A DNA stretch of 64,000 nucleotides, from NCBI RefSeq assembly GCF_009914755.1, contig NC_060933.1. One strand, given 5' to 3'. The translations under genes were made by a program, and so were the position numbers. Below are positions 1-20,875 of this stretch, one piece after another. The notes beneath the pieces were generated by a model, which had not been told where the DNA came from, did not search any database, and was given only the letters and a program-made list of their open reading frames with translations. The stretch's first letter is position 1; each line of letters begins with the position of its first letter. The DNA comes from the human T2T-CHM13v2.0 reference genome, Homo sapiens.

Positions 1-2070
1 TACATCTCTATCGTCATGCTGATGATTGCCGTCTTCGGGGGGACGCTGCAGGTCACCCAAGACAAGATGATCTGCCTGCCTTGTAAGTGGGTCACCAAGG
101 ACTCCTGCAATGATTCGTTCCGGGGCTGGGCAGCCCCTGGCCCGGAGCCCACCTACCCCAACTCCACCATTCTGCCGACCCCTGACACGGGCCCCACAGG
201 CATCAAGTATGACCTGGACCGGCACCAGTACAACTACGTGGACGCTGTGTGCTATGAGAACCGACTGCACTGGTTTGCCAAGTACTTCCCCTACCTGGTG
301 CTTCTGCACACGCTCATCTTCCTGGCCTGCAGCAACTTCTGGTTCAAATTCCCGCGCACCAGCTCGAAGCTGGAGCACTTTGTGTCTATCCTGCTGAAGT
401 GCTTCGACTCGCCCTGGACCACGAGGGCCCTGTCGGAGACAGTGGTGGAGGAGAGCGACCCCAAGCCGGCCTTCAGCAAGATGAATGGGTCCATGGACAA
501 AAAGTCATCGACCGTCAGTGAGGACGTGGAGGCCACCGTGCCCATGCTGCAGCGGACCAAGTCACGGATCGAGCAGGGTATCGTGGACCGCTCAGAGACG
601 GGCGTGCTGGACAAGAAGGAGGGGGAGCAAGCCAAGGCGCTGTTTGAGAAGGTGAAGAAGTTCCGGACCCATGTGGAGGAGGGGGACATTGTGTACCGCC
701 TCTACATGCGGCAGACCATCATCAAGGTGATCAAGTTCATCCTCATCATCTGCTACACCGTCTACTACGTGCACAACATCAAGTTCGACGTGGACTGCAC
801 CGTGGACATTGAGAGCCTGACGGGCTACCGCACCTACCGCTGTGCCCACCCCCTGGCCACACTCTTCAAGATCCTGGCGTCCTTCTACATCAGCCTAGTC
901 ATCTTCTACGGCCTCATCTGCATGTATACACTGTGGTGGATGCTACGGCGCTCCCTCAAGAAGTACTCGTTTGAGTCGATCCGTGAGGAGAGCAGCTACA
1001 GCGACATCCCCGACGTCAAGAACGACTTCGCCTTCATGCTGCACCTCATTGACCAATACGACCCGCTCTACTCCAAGCGCTTCGCCGTCTTCCTGTCGGA
1101 GGTGAGTGAGAACAAGCTGCGGCAGCTGAACCTCAACAACGAGTGGACGCTGGACAAGCTCCGGCAGCGGCTCACCAAGAACGCGCAGGACAAGCTGGAG
1201 CTGCACCTGTTCATGCTCAGTGGCATCCCTGACACTGTGTTTGACCTGGTGGAGCTGGAGGTCCTCAAGCTGGAGCTGATCCCCGACGTGACCATCCCGC
1301 CCAGCATTGCCCAGCTCACGGGCCTCAAGGAGCTGTGGCTCTACCACACAGCGGCCAAGATTGAAGCGCCCGCGCTGGCCTTCCTGCGCGAGAACCTGCG
1401 GGCGCTGCACATCAAGTTCACCGACATCAAGGAGATCCCGCTGTGGATCTATAGCCTGAAGACACTGGAGGAGCTGCACCTGACGGGCAACCTGAGCGCG
1501 GAGAACAACCGCTACATCGTCATCGACGGGCTGCGGGAGCTCAAACGCCTCAAGGTGCTGCGGCTCAAGAGCAACCTAAGCAAGCTGCCACAGGTGGTCA
1601 CAGATGTGGGCGTGCACCTGCAGAAGCTGTCCATCAACAATGAGGGCACCAAGCTCATCGTCCTCAACAGCCTCAAGAAGATGGCGAACCTGACTGAGCT
1701 GGAGCTGATCCGCTGTGACCTGGAGCGCATCCCCCACTCCATCTTCAGCCTCCACAACCTGCAGGAGATTGACCTCAAGGACAACAACCTCAAGACCATC
1801 GAGGAGATCATCAGCTTCCAGCACCTGCACCGCCTCACCTGCCTTAAGCTGTGGTACAACCACATCGCCTACATCCCCATCCAGATCGGCAACCTCACCA
1901 ACCTGGAGCGCCTCTACCTGAACCGCAACAAGATCGAGAAGATCCCCACCCAGCTCTTCTACTGCCGCAAGCTGCGCTACCTGGACCTCAGCCACAACAA
2001 CCTGACCTTCCTCCCTGCCGACATCGGCCTCCTGCAGAACCTCCAGAACCTAGCCATCACGGCCAACCGG
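1..2070 (+). CDS. LRRC8A: LRRC8A (SWELL1, VRAC subunit), large coding exon, 5'-truncated by the window edge; transmembrane pore domain plus most leucine-rich repeats
   Basis: Frame open from nt 1 (YISIVMLMIAVFGGTLQ...). Contains DLDRHQYNYVDAVCYE, WFKFP and tandem LxxLxLxxN repeats. Ends at phase-0 donor CGG|GTGAGT (2070/2071). CGG at 220-222 matches pore residue R103; DIGLL dileucine at 2020-2034. Confidence 0.98.
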
Positions 2071-3162
2071 GTGAGTGGCCCGGCCACAGCTCTGCGTGTG
2101 GGCTGGCGGGTGGCCTGGCCAGGGCTTGTGGTGGGGCACTCGGCAGGCTCAGTGTCCTGGGACCGTCGATGCCCCTGAGTGTGGAGTCCTCACCTGGGGT
2201 TTACAGAACCATCCAGGATAGAAGCTCTGTTCAAGAGACAGACTCCTTGGGCCCCATCCCAGGCCTGCTGAATCCGAATCTCTGGGCCCCGGGCCTGTCT
2301 TTGCTCCAAAATGTTGCAGTTCTCCTGCCTGGAGAGACTGCATGGCCAGGCAAGGTCTGTCCCCCAAGGTGACCTTGAGCCGGGTTCCTCTTCAGCAGGG
2401 ATGTGCTTGGGCAGGAGGTCCAAACCCGGGGGTTCTCTCGCAAAGCCGGGTGGTGGGAGTCAAGACTTAGCCTGGAGTTTGTGTCTTCCTCAGCTTGTTC
2501 CCAGTCGGACTTGGAGGCAAGGAGCCAATCCGGGTCCACCCAGGACAGAAACTGTGTGGGTGGCCAGTGCTGGCTGAGGGGAAGCCTTGGATGGTCTCTG
2601 CAGCTCCCACACACCTTTCTCCGCTGCATTTGGTGGTGTCAGAGGCAGAGTTGGGCCTAGATGGGGCTAGTTTGTTTCTGCCTGCCCTTCTGAAAAGGAA
2701 ATTGTGCAAATCATTGTCACTGGGAGTTTGGGAGGCCACACCTTCGACATACTTTCAAGACTGTTGGTGGTCTGTGGGTGCCAGTCTCTTACCTGGCTGG
2801 GGAAGCCCCCATCCAAGGGCCCCTTGGTGGAGGCAGGCAGTGTGGATGGAGGGCTGGGTACTCCTGTGGCTCTGTGGTCTGGCCTCCGAAATGGAAACAA
2901 AGCCACTGCCATTGTGGGGAACGTCCCTCTTCCACCCGTCCTGGGGACCTGCAGGTTTTCCTGGGCCTCACATCCAGGTGGAGATTCCTGTAGTGAGACA
3001 TGTGGTGGAGGAAGCCTGAGGCCAGGCACTGGGAGACAAGGGAGAGCCCAGCCAGCCACCCTTCTGCCCCCGACACAGCAGCAGCTGTCGTGCCGGGCCC
3101 CTGTGAACTTCACTAGGGATGCCACCAGGTTCAGGAGGCTGAAGAAGAGACTCGGAGTTGAC

Positions 3163-3445
3163 CAGGCCCAGTGGGTCACACCTGTAATCCGAGCACTTAG
3201 GGAAGCCAAGGTGGGGCGGTCACTTGAGCTCAGGAGTTCGAGACCAGCCTGGGCAACATAGGGAAACCCCATCTCTACCAAAAATACAGAAATGATCCAG
3301 GCATGGTGGCATGTGCCTGTAGTCCCAGCTATTTGGGAGGCTGAGGCAGGATCGCTTCAGCCTAGGAGTTCAAGACTGCAGTGAGCTATGGTTGTACCAC
3401 TGTACTTCAGCCTGGGCAATAGAGTGAGACCCAGTCTCAAAGTAA
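3163..3445 (+). mobile_element. Alu (old, AluJ-like)
   Basis: Dimeric Alu consensus, diverged. Confidence 0.9.
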
Positions 3446-3782
3446 AATGAAGAGCCCTGGAGCCGGCCATTGAAACATGGGGTTTATTTGGGGGAACTTA
3501 CTTACAGGGTGGTCCAGCAGCAGTGAGCCAAATAGGAAAACCACTCCTGCTTATAAAAAGCGTGCAGCTCATAGAGCATTTTCACTAAGCACCCTCCCCT
3601 CTGCAGCCTCCGTGTGGCAACCCGCGTTTCTTAGTTCGGTTGTTGCTGTTGGGTGCATCTGCCATGCAGCAGCCCCACGGTGCAGTCCCTGTTGGTTTCG
3701 TGGGCACCTGCTCTGTGTTCGCCCTGTGCCAGGCATGATGCACCTGTCCTCCTTCCACCAACCTGCTGAGTCCTCCCAACAG

Positions 3783-3894
3783 GGTCTGTCTATAGCATCC
3801 TCAGGCACGGAGGGAGGTGGCCCCTGGAATGCCCGGTCTGTCTATAGTATCCTCAGGCACGGAGGGAGGTGGCCCCTGGAATGCCCTGTCTGTC
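3783..3894. repeat. 52-bp tandem duplication (2 copies plus start of a third)
   Basis: ggtctgtctatag(c/t)atcctcaggcacggagggaggtggcccctggaatgccc at 3783 and 3835; one mismatch. Confidence 0.95.
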
Positions 3895-4829
3895 CTCCTG
3901 GGCCCCAGGACAGGACACACCTTCTCCAGCATCACTCAGACTAGATGCTTCAGGCCCTCCAGATGCCTGCTGGCTTGGAAGCCTTCCTCCCCTCTTCCCC
4001 AGGGCTCCCTTACTGCAGAGCAACCTGCAACCCACATGTATCAGGGATTTTGACAAGTCCTTATCTCCGGCCACCCCATATTATGACTTGAGCACAGTGG
4101 GAGAGTGGACCAGGGCAGGGTTTTCTCTTGTAGTTTCGGGACAGGCCCACTGAATAGGAAAACTGGAGTCCCCTGGGGAGAAGCCACATTTGGGAAGCAC
4201 AGAACAAACCCAGCCCTTCTTTAATCTGTGGAGGGGGAGACCCTGTGGCTTCCCCATAGCACAGTGCTGCCCTTGATAAGCTGGGACTTCCTCACAGCTC
4301 CTGCCATTCCTGCCCTGTCCCGGGTGCTGTGCTGGGGCTGTCCTCCTGGTTGGGGGAGGGTTCAAGCCTCCAGCCTGGCTCCCCATCCTGTCCCCCACCC
4401 CCAGCTCCTCCCGCCAAGCTTGCCTGTTAGTGTCATGCCTGCTGGCTGAGGTCACCCCTCAGGAAAGGAGCTGGCGGCAAGCACGCTGTCCCAGAGGAAG
4501 GAGACCCTCTGGACACCCTGTTTAGCACATGGCTTAATCACATCCTGTCCCCACCCCCTGGAACACCAGAGCCTTAATAGGGAAAACAGTTCACTTGGGC
4601 CAACCCCAGGCAGGCCCCTCATTCTGAGTGGGAGGCCTGAGCCCCTCTTCCTCCTCACTCGGGCTTGATGGCTCCTTCTCAGCCACCTTGGCCAGTGGTG
4701 ACCAGGAGGGGTGGGCGTGGCCTGCCCACGCCCTTGCGTGCTGTTTCTCCAGATTTATACTCTTGCTAATGAAAGCCTTGACAAGACAGTATTCATTCGT
4801 TCACTCGTTTACTGATGTGTGCAAATTGT

Positions 4830-4970
4830 TATGTTTTGTTTGTTTGTTTTTTTGGTAGAGACAGGGTCTCACTGTGTTTTCTAGGCTGGTCTTTAAACTC
4901 CTGGCCTCAAAGCCTCCCACCTTGGCCGCCCAAAGTGCTGGTATTACAGGCATGAGCCACTTCGCCTGGC
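4830..4970 (-). mobile_element. Alu monomer (FLAM-like)
   Basis: Antisense left-arm Alu sequence only. Confidence 0.8.
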
Positions 4971-6641
4971 CTTTGTGCAGATGTTTTTTGAGCACTTCTA
5001 GAATCCAGCTATGGAGCAAGGCGCCGGGGACATGGGGATGAAGAAGGCCAAGTAACGAGGCAGTTAGCACAGTGCGTAGGCGCTCTGCTGGAGCACCAGG
5101 TCCCTGGGAACACAGAGGAACAGGTCCCTGAAGAACGAGGAGGAGGAAGCCAGGTGGAGGGGAAAGGGACAGTCCAGGAGGTTCTGGTGGGGAGGAGCAG
5201 TGAGATGGGCTGCCCAGGAATGTGGGCATCCTGGAGAGCAGAGGTGGGGCTATGGGGGGGGGGTGTGGATGGCAGGGGGGTCCTGTCCTACACCTCAGTT
5301 TCAATTGTCTCTTCATTTGTTTAACAGCCGATCCCTTGCCAGCCCATAGGCTCTGATGACTAAGACCTAGCTCTTTTGTTCAAGCAAGTGTTTACCGAAT
5401 TCCTAGTGATTGAGTGGGTGAAGGAATGAGCTGACTTGCAGCGTGAGGTTCCTCTTGCGGTAGTGTGTGGGGTGGGGTGAGTGAGAGGTGGGAGGTGGAA
5501 GAGAGCTGTTAAGAGACCACGATTAGCCATCAGGTGAGGCCACGGGGCCTGGCGTGGCCAAGGCAGGTAGGGATGGAGAGACATGGACGGATCTGGGAGA
5601 CGCTGGAGGGGGAATTCAAAGGGACGGGAGTTGATGGTGGGGGTGGTCTGAGTGACTTGAGCTTTTTTTTGTGGATTGTTGAGACTGGAGGAAGCACAGG
5701 TTTTCAGAGGCCAAGGTGTGTCTCATGTCAGGTGTCTGGGGCTCTGGGATGTCCAAGGGACCATCTTGAATCCACCTGAAGCCCAAGGAGTCACCCTTTC
5801 CAGGCTCATGGGTGAAGATGGGTCCTTGACGTGCTCACTGTGGAGAGCAGAGAGGGAGAAGGACAGGAGTCTGCAGAAGAGGAGGGCGAGGCCAGAGCGT
5901 GGGGCACATGGGGCCTGGGGAGTTGGCTGGATTAGGAACTGGTGACTTTGGCCAGAGAGTTAAGGGTGGACAGGGTCATGGAGGCAGAGTGAGGAGAGAG
6001 ACAGCGGCTTTCCTGCAGTTGGTCAGGAAGGCCAGAGAGCCAAGGACAACGCTGGGGCCCTGGAAGCCTCCTGAGAGAGTTGTCCTTTTCAAAGATCAGG
6101 TCGAGTTGAGGCCTTTCAGTGCCGATGGGGACCCACTGAAGTCTCTGGGGAGGTAGGAGAGGGTGCAATTGGGGGATTGGGAACCAACTTCAAGCCTCCA
6201 GGGCACGGGCCGGCGACAATCCGACAATCCAGCAGAGAAGGATCGGTCCAGAGGATGGGTGTGGCTGTGGTGGGAGCCGAGCAACTGAGAGTACCTCCCC
6301 TTTTCTCTCTGGGGCCTGGAGAGGGCTCCCTGGCTCAGAGCAGGGCATGTTCTGGGGAGGAGGCCTTTCAGGGAGGGGGCTCCAGAGCCAGGCTCCATAT
6401 GGACCCGAGCTCTGCCACTCGCTGTCCAGAGCTTTCCCACTGTCCCTGACCACTGCATGTGTCAGCAGAGGAGATCACGGGGTGGGAGTGGGGTCTTTCT
6501 GGGAAGGCTCTGGCCCCTGGGTGCTCCAGAGCCCACTTCCTGTCTACCCTCTGACCTTCAGCCCCTGCTGACCTCAAAGCCAACCCCAAATGCATTCCTG
6601 ATCCTTGGTCACAGTGGTGGCAGTGTAGGATACACAGGTTA

Positions 6642-7810
<1,169 letters not shown>

Positions 7811-7920
7811 GAGTATTGACAGAATATTTATAGGTAGTTTGCTGGTTAAATAAATTAATAGTATCAGTGCTCACAGTGAGCCTGCCACACATTAAGCTGC
7901 ATACGGGTGTCGTCTGTTAA

Positions 7921-8075
7921 CAGTAATTGCTCCATATCCTCAGGGAATGTGGTCCAAGGTCCCCCGTGGATGCCTGGCACTGCAGGTAGTGCAGAACCCT
8001 ATATGTTCTGTTCGTTGCTATTCACAGGTACCTATGATAAAGTTTAATTTATAAATTAAGCATAGTACACTTAGG
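7921..8075 (+). mobile_element. MER44/Tigger7-like DNA transposon fragment, followed by an AluY
   Basis: cagtaattgctccatatcc...ccaaggtcccccgtggatgcctg...gaaccctatat...acctatgataaagtttaatttataaatta resembles the MER44 5' end as I recall it. Confidence 0.65.
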
Positions 8076-8085
8076 CTTTGAGGCT

Positions 8086-8379
8086 ATTATTATTTTTTTG
8101 AGATGGAGTCTCACTCTGTCACCCAGGCTGGAGTGCAGTGGCGCGATGTCGGCTCTGCAAGCTCCGCCTCCCGGGTTCACGCCATTCTCCTGCCTCAGCC
8201 TCCCGAGTAGCTGGGACTACAGGCGCCCGGCACCATGCCCGGCTAATTTTTTTGTATTTTTAGTAGAGACGGGGTTTCACCGTGTTAGCCAGGATAGTCT
8301 CGATCTCCTGACCTCGTGATCCGCCCGCCTCAGCCTCCCAAAGTGCTGGGATTACAGGCGTGAGCCACCGCACCCGGCC
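8086..8379 (-). mobile_element. AluY
   Basis: CpG-rich with AluY diagnostics (gcaagctccgcctcccgggttcacgccattc; cgtgttagccaggat). Confidence 0.92.
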
Positions 8380-8850
8380 TAGGGGGTGGATTTTCTCAGC
8401 ATGCTGTTTTGCTTTCATAAATTGTTGTTAAGCTGGGCAGAACCAACAGCCTGGCTCCTGGTGAGCCCTGGGATGGAGGTGGGAGCAGCTGGCCAATGCG
8501 ATATACTTCCCAGGGCCAGGTGCTGGAAGATAGTGGGGATCGAGGCAGGCAGGTCTCATCCTTAGAGCCCACATCAAGGGGGTAACAGATGGAAGGATGA
8601 GCACTGCGAGTGGGGACATGGGGGCCATGAGACCCAGGAGATCAGGGAAGGCTTCCTGGAGGAAGTGAGCAAGAGCTGAGACCTGGTGCACAGGCAGATG
8701 TTGGCCAGAGTTTGGCCCAGATTGTGCTGATGCTGGGGGCCTGGGGATCAGAAAAGATGCTGAGATCTTGGGGAGAGAGGGAAGGGAAGCCCAGAGGCCC
8801 CGTCCAAGCCCACACCCACCTCACTCTCACCCCTGCTTTTTTCCCTCCAG

Positions 8851-9126
8851 ATCGAGACGCTCCCTCCGGAGCTCTTCCAGTGCCGGAAGCTGCGGGCCCT
8901 GCACCTGGGCAACAACGTGCTGCAGTCACTGCCCTCCAGGGTGGGCGAGCTGACCAACCTGACGCAGATCGAGCTGCGGGGCAACCGGCTGGAGTGCCTG
9001 CCTGTGGAGCTGGGCGAGTGCCCACTGCTCAAGCGCAGCGGCTTGGTGGTGGAGGAGGACCTGTTCAACACACTGCCACCCGAGGTGAAGGAGCGGCTGT
9101 GGAGGGCTGACAAGGAGCAGGCCTGA
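8851..9126 (+). CDS. LRRC8A: LRRC8A last coding exon (91 aa, IETLPPELF...RADKEQA*)
   Basis: Pyrimidine tract + CAG acceptor ending at 8850; in-frame continuation of the LRRs; TGA at 9124-9126. Confidence 0.97.
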   Translation: METLPPELFQCRKLRALHLGNNVLQSLPSRVGELTNLTQIELRGNRLECLPVELGECPLLKRSGLVVEEDLFNTLPPEVKERLWRADKEQA

Positions 9127-10800
9127 GCGAGGCCGGCCCAGCACAGCAAGCAGCAGGACCGCTGCCCAGTCCTCAGGCCCGGAGGGGCAGGCCTAGCTTC
9201 TCCCAGAACTCCCGGACAGCCAGGACAGCCTCGTGGCTGGGCAGGAGCCTGGGGCCGCTTGTGAGTCAGGCCAGAGCGAGAGGACAGTATCTGTGGGGCT
9301 GGCCCCTTTTCTCCCTCTGAGACTCACGTCCCCCAGGGCAAGTGCTTGTGGAGGAGAGCAAGTCTCAAGAGCGCAGTATTTGGATAATCAGGGTCTCCTC
9401 CCTGGAGGCCAGCTCTGCCCCAGGGGCTGAGCTGCCACCAGAGGTCCTGGGACCCTCACTTTAGTTCTTGGTATTTATTTTTCTCCATCTCCCACCTCCT
9501 TCATCCAGATAACTTATACATTCCCAAGAAAGTTCAGCCCAGATGGAAGGTGTTCAGGGAAAGGTGGGCTGCCTTTTCCCCTTGTCCTTATTTAGCGATG
9601 CCGCCGGGCATTTAACACCCACCTGGACTTCAGCAGAGTGGTCCGGGGCGAACCAGCCATGGGACGGTCACCCAGCAGTGCCGGGCTGGGCTCTGCGGTG
9701 CGGTCCACGGGAGAGCAGGCCTCCAGCTGGAAAGGCCAGGCCTGGAGCTTGCCTCTTCAGTATTTGTGGCAGTTTTAGTTTTTTGTTTTTTTTTTTTTAA
9801 TCAAAAAACAATTTTTTTAAAAAAAAAGCTTTGAAAATGGATGGTTTGGGTATTAAAAAGAAAAAAAAAACTTAAAAAAAAAAAGACACTAACGGCCAGT
9901 GAGTTGGAGTCTCAGGGCAGGGTGGCAGTTTCCCTTGAGCAAAGCAGCCAGACGTTGAACTGTGTTTCCTTTCCCTGGGCGCAGGGTGCAGGGTGTCTTC
10001 CGGATCTGGTGTGACCTTGGTCCAGGAGTTCTATTTGTTCCTGGGGAGGGAGGTTTTTTTGTTTGTTTTTTGGGTTTTTTTGGTGTCTTGTTTTCTTTCT
10101 CCTCCATGTGTCTTGGCAGGCACTCATTTCTGTGGCTGTCGGCCAGAGGGAATGTTCTGGAGCTGCCAAGGAGGGAGGAGACTCGGGTTGGCTAATCCCC
10201 GGATGAACGGTGCTCCATTCGCACCTCCCCTCCTCGTGCCTGCCCTGCCTCTCCACGCACAGTGTTAAGGAGCCAAGAGGAGCCACTTCGCCCAGACTTT
10301 GTTTCCCCACCGCCTGCGGCATGGGTGTGTCCAGTGCCACCGCTGGCCTCCGCTGCTTCCATCAGCCTTGTCGCCACCTGGTCCTTCATGAAGAGCAGAC
10401 ACTTAGAGGCTGGTCGGGAATGGGGAGGTCGCCCCTGGGAGGGCAGGCGTTGGTTCCAAGCCGGTTCCCGTCCCTGGCGCCTGGAGTGCACACAGCCCAG
10501 TCGGCACCTGGTGGCTGGAAGCCACCCTGCTTTAGATCACTCGGGTCCCCACCTTAGAAGGGTCCCCGCCTTAGATCAATCACGTGGACACTAAGGCACG
10601 TTTTAGAGTCTCTTGTCTTAATGATTATGTCCATCCGTCTGTCCGTCCATTTGTGTTTTCTGCGTCGTGTCATTGGATATAATCCTCAGAAATAATGCAC
10701 ACTAGCCTCTGACAACCATGAAGCAAAAATCCGTTACATGTGGGTCTGAACTTGTAGACTCGGTCACAGTATCAAATAAAATCTATAACAGAAAGTGGCC
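9127..10800 (+). other. LRRC8A: LRRC8A 3' UTR (about 1.7 kb)
   Basis: Alu-free sequence between the stop codon and the AATAAA at 10775-10780. Confidence 0.85.
10775..10780 (+). terminator. LRRC8A polyadenylation signal AATAAA
   Basis: Canonical hexamer followed about 20-40 nt later by GU/U-rich sequence (tttggaggtctttgtgtc). Confidence 0.85.
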
Positions 10801-11084
10801 TTTGGAGGTCTTTGTGTCATGGGAGGACGCTTCCCTCACTTCTCTGAAGCCTGCCGGGCCGTGTGGAACGTTGCTTGGGCACCTACAGGAGAGTTAACTC
10901 TGCTCATCTCCTGCCCCATGAGACTCTGTGCCTTTGGAGGCAGTTACTGGAGCTTGTAAGCTGGACGCAGCACCTGCTAGGTAACAGGCTGTGACCTGGG
11001 CTGGGGATCCCATAGCCAGCACAATCTCTGTCATCCTACTCACCTGTGGTTGGGCACTCATGAGGGGTTTTTTTTGTTGTTGGT

Positions 11085-14374
<3,290 letters not shown>

Positions 14375-14699
14375 CTGCAGGTGTTGTTCTGACCCCAGCT
14401 CCACTGTGCCAGCCCGACTTGAGATGCCAAGTATCTTGGGCCTGAGGGTGGGTAACAGGAAGCATCTCTCTCTCCTCAGCCCCTTCCTCCTACTAAGATA
14501 CCCCATGTCTCCTACTTTCGTCTGAGCTGCAGATGGATGCGTTAATTCCCTTCCATAATCCTCCCAGGACCGAGAGGGTTTCAGATCGGTGCTGGGAGGG
14601 GCCCAGATAGTTCTCCCCAGGACCTCTTCCACCTTTGGAATGCCCATTACCTGGAGAAGGGGGGTGCCGCACATCCCCCAGACCAACCCTGCATCCCAT

Positions 14700-15500
14700 T
14701 CTATCCAGATTGAGGCCTAGAGAGAGGCAGGCGTTCCTCAGAGTCACAGGGAATGGCGGCGCCTGGACTGGGACTCAGCCCAGCTGCTTGGCCTGACCCT
14801 CTCACAGCATAATTTCCCGGCACCTGGTAAGCAGTGGTGGGGGGTGGTTTCCAGAAGAAACACAGAGGAAGCAGATAAAATCCTTGGAGATGGGAAAGGG
14901 CAAATCCTGGATTAGTTGTGGGGGTGGGGGAGATTAGCCTGGAGGTCACAGGCTGATCTGGCTGTGTCTAGGGAAGGAGGGTTGGGTGGTGGGACCGGGT
15001 TTTCTCCGGGTAGGGAAGGGTTAAGTCCTCCCAGGCTCCTAAACTTTCTCCTCCCCACCAGGAGGCCGCGCTTAGAAGCCGCCCAGTGCCCTGAGCGTCT
15101 CCATGGCCTGCCTGAGCCCCTCGCAGCTCCAGAAGGTAGGAGCCTGCAAGTCGGGGCCGGGAGGGTCATGGCGGGGGGGTCCCTGCCGGACCTTCAGTAG
15201 TCCCAGTGCCCAACCCACCCCCTGCCCCATTTTACCGAGGACGAAACTGAAGCCCAGAGGAGCGGGTTCCCAACCGCAACCCCTCCTGACTTCTTCACAC
15301 ATAGCCCTGGGTGTCTAGATCACAGGACCCAGGGTGGGGTGGGGTGGGGACGTGTGTGTTTGACCAAAAACGAGAATAAGGCCTCGGAACCCACCAGTTC
15401 AGCCCTGGGCGGGAGTCGGCAACGCTGTTGGGGGGCGCAGCGCCCAGGAGGGGGCGGGGCCTGCGAGGGGCCCAGGAGGGCCCATGTTCGTCCAATCACA
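14700..15500 (+). promoter_or_regulatory. GC/CpG-enriched PHYHD1 5' region, including a probable non-coding exon ending at donor CTG|GTAAGC (14826/14827)
   Basis: Local CpG enrichment; consensus donor upstream of the acceptor (15060-15061) of the ATG-bearing exon; GC box 15451-15460; CCAAT 15492-15496. Confidence 0.6.
15103..15135 (+). CDS. PHYHD1: PHYHD1 coding exon 1 (MACLSPSQLQK); exon begins at 15062
   Basis: ATG at 15103; donor AAG|GTAGGA. The 11 exons sum to 876 nt = 291 aa + stop. Confidence 0.92.
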
Positions 15501-15715
15501 AAAGGCTACCTCGTGGGAATTAGTGTGCAACAGCCTTTTAAAAAATCACTCATACATTCCTACGCTGAGACTTAATATTTTCGTATACAGCTCTAGAAGC
15601 TTTGTTTCAAAGTCTGTTACAACAGCTACCACGAATCAAGTGCTGGACAGGTTTTTTTGGGAGGGTAGGGAGGAGACGGGGTCTTGCCACAGGCACACGC
15701 CCCCATGCCCAGCTC

Positions 15716-19987
<4,272 letters not shown>

Positions 19988-20131
19988 TGAGGATGGGATG
20001 TGGCTTTTGAGGGAGGGCTTGGTCCCCGGCCAGAGCAGCATCGTGGAAGGGAGGATCCCAAGGCTCCAGGGTGTCAGGCCAAGCCCCTTACACACCTTTC
20101 CCTCGCTCCTCACTGGGAAGTTATCAAGTAG

Positions 20132-20272
<141 letters not shown>

Positions 20273-20875
20273 TGAGTAGCTGCACTTACAGGCATGCGCC
20301 ACCAGGCCCGGCTAATTTTTGTATTTTTAGTAGAGACAGGGTTTCATCATGTTGGTCAGGCTGGTCTTGAACTCCTGATCTCCAGGTGATCCACCAGCCT
20401 CAGTCTCCCAAAGTGCTGAAATTACAGGCTATTATTATCCCCCCATTAGACAGTTGGGGAAAATTAGGTTCAGATCACTTGCCCCAAGCCACACAGTTAG
20501 TAGTGGACAGAGTCAGGATTTCAACCCAGATCTGTCTGATACCAAGTCCCTGCTGTTCCCAGCTTGGCTTTACTTTCTGTTTTCCGGCTGTTCTCTGGTC
20601 ACCGAAGGCCACTTTGTGGCCAGCCACCTGGAATGAGCACAGTGGTCTGGATGACCCCCACCTGTGTAACTATCCCCCATGAGACTAGGAACTCAGATTT
20701 TCTCCCCCCAGTGACCGAATAGGTCACATGATAGGACCCAGTACAGTTTGCAATGGGTAAATTGAAGACTCTGGGGTCTCCCACACCGTTCTCTTGACCC
20801 TTCCTAGTCAGAGTTTATTATGAGCCTGCTTGCGCCTGGGCCAGGTGAGATCCTGGCACTCACGCCGAGGAGCAC

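Noticed and set aside
16-2178. The 720-aa ORF as a complete protein
   Set aside because: The frame is open from nt 1, so the true start lies upstream of the window; the last 35 aa are intronic read-through past the donor at 2071.
110-2372. Overlapping and antisense ORFs (68-178 aa) on the LRRC8A exon
   Set aside because: Expected shadows of a coding exon with extreme third-position GC; no independent signals.
9852-9885. ATTAAA followed by A-runs as a proximal LRRC8A poly(A) site
   Set aside because: Genomic A-tracts immediately downstream would cause oligo-dT mispriming, so use cannot be supported from sequence alone.
10543-10576. 17-bp tandem repeat in the LRRC8A 3' UTR
   Set aside because: Two imperfect copies only; no evident function.
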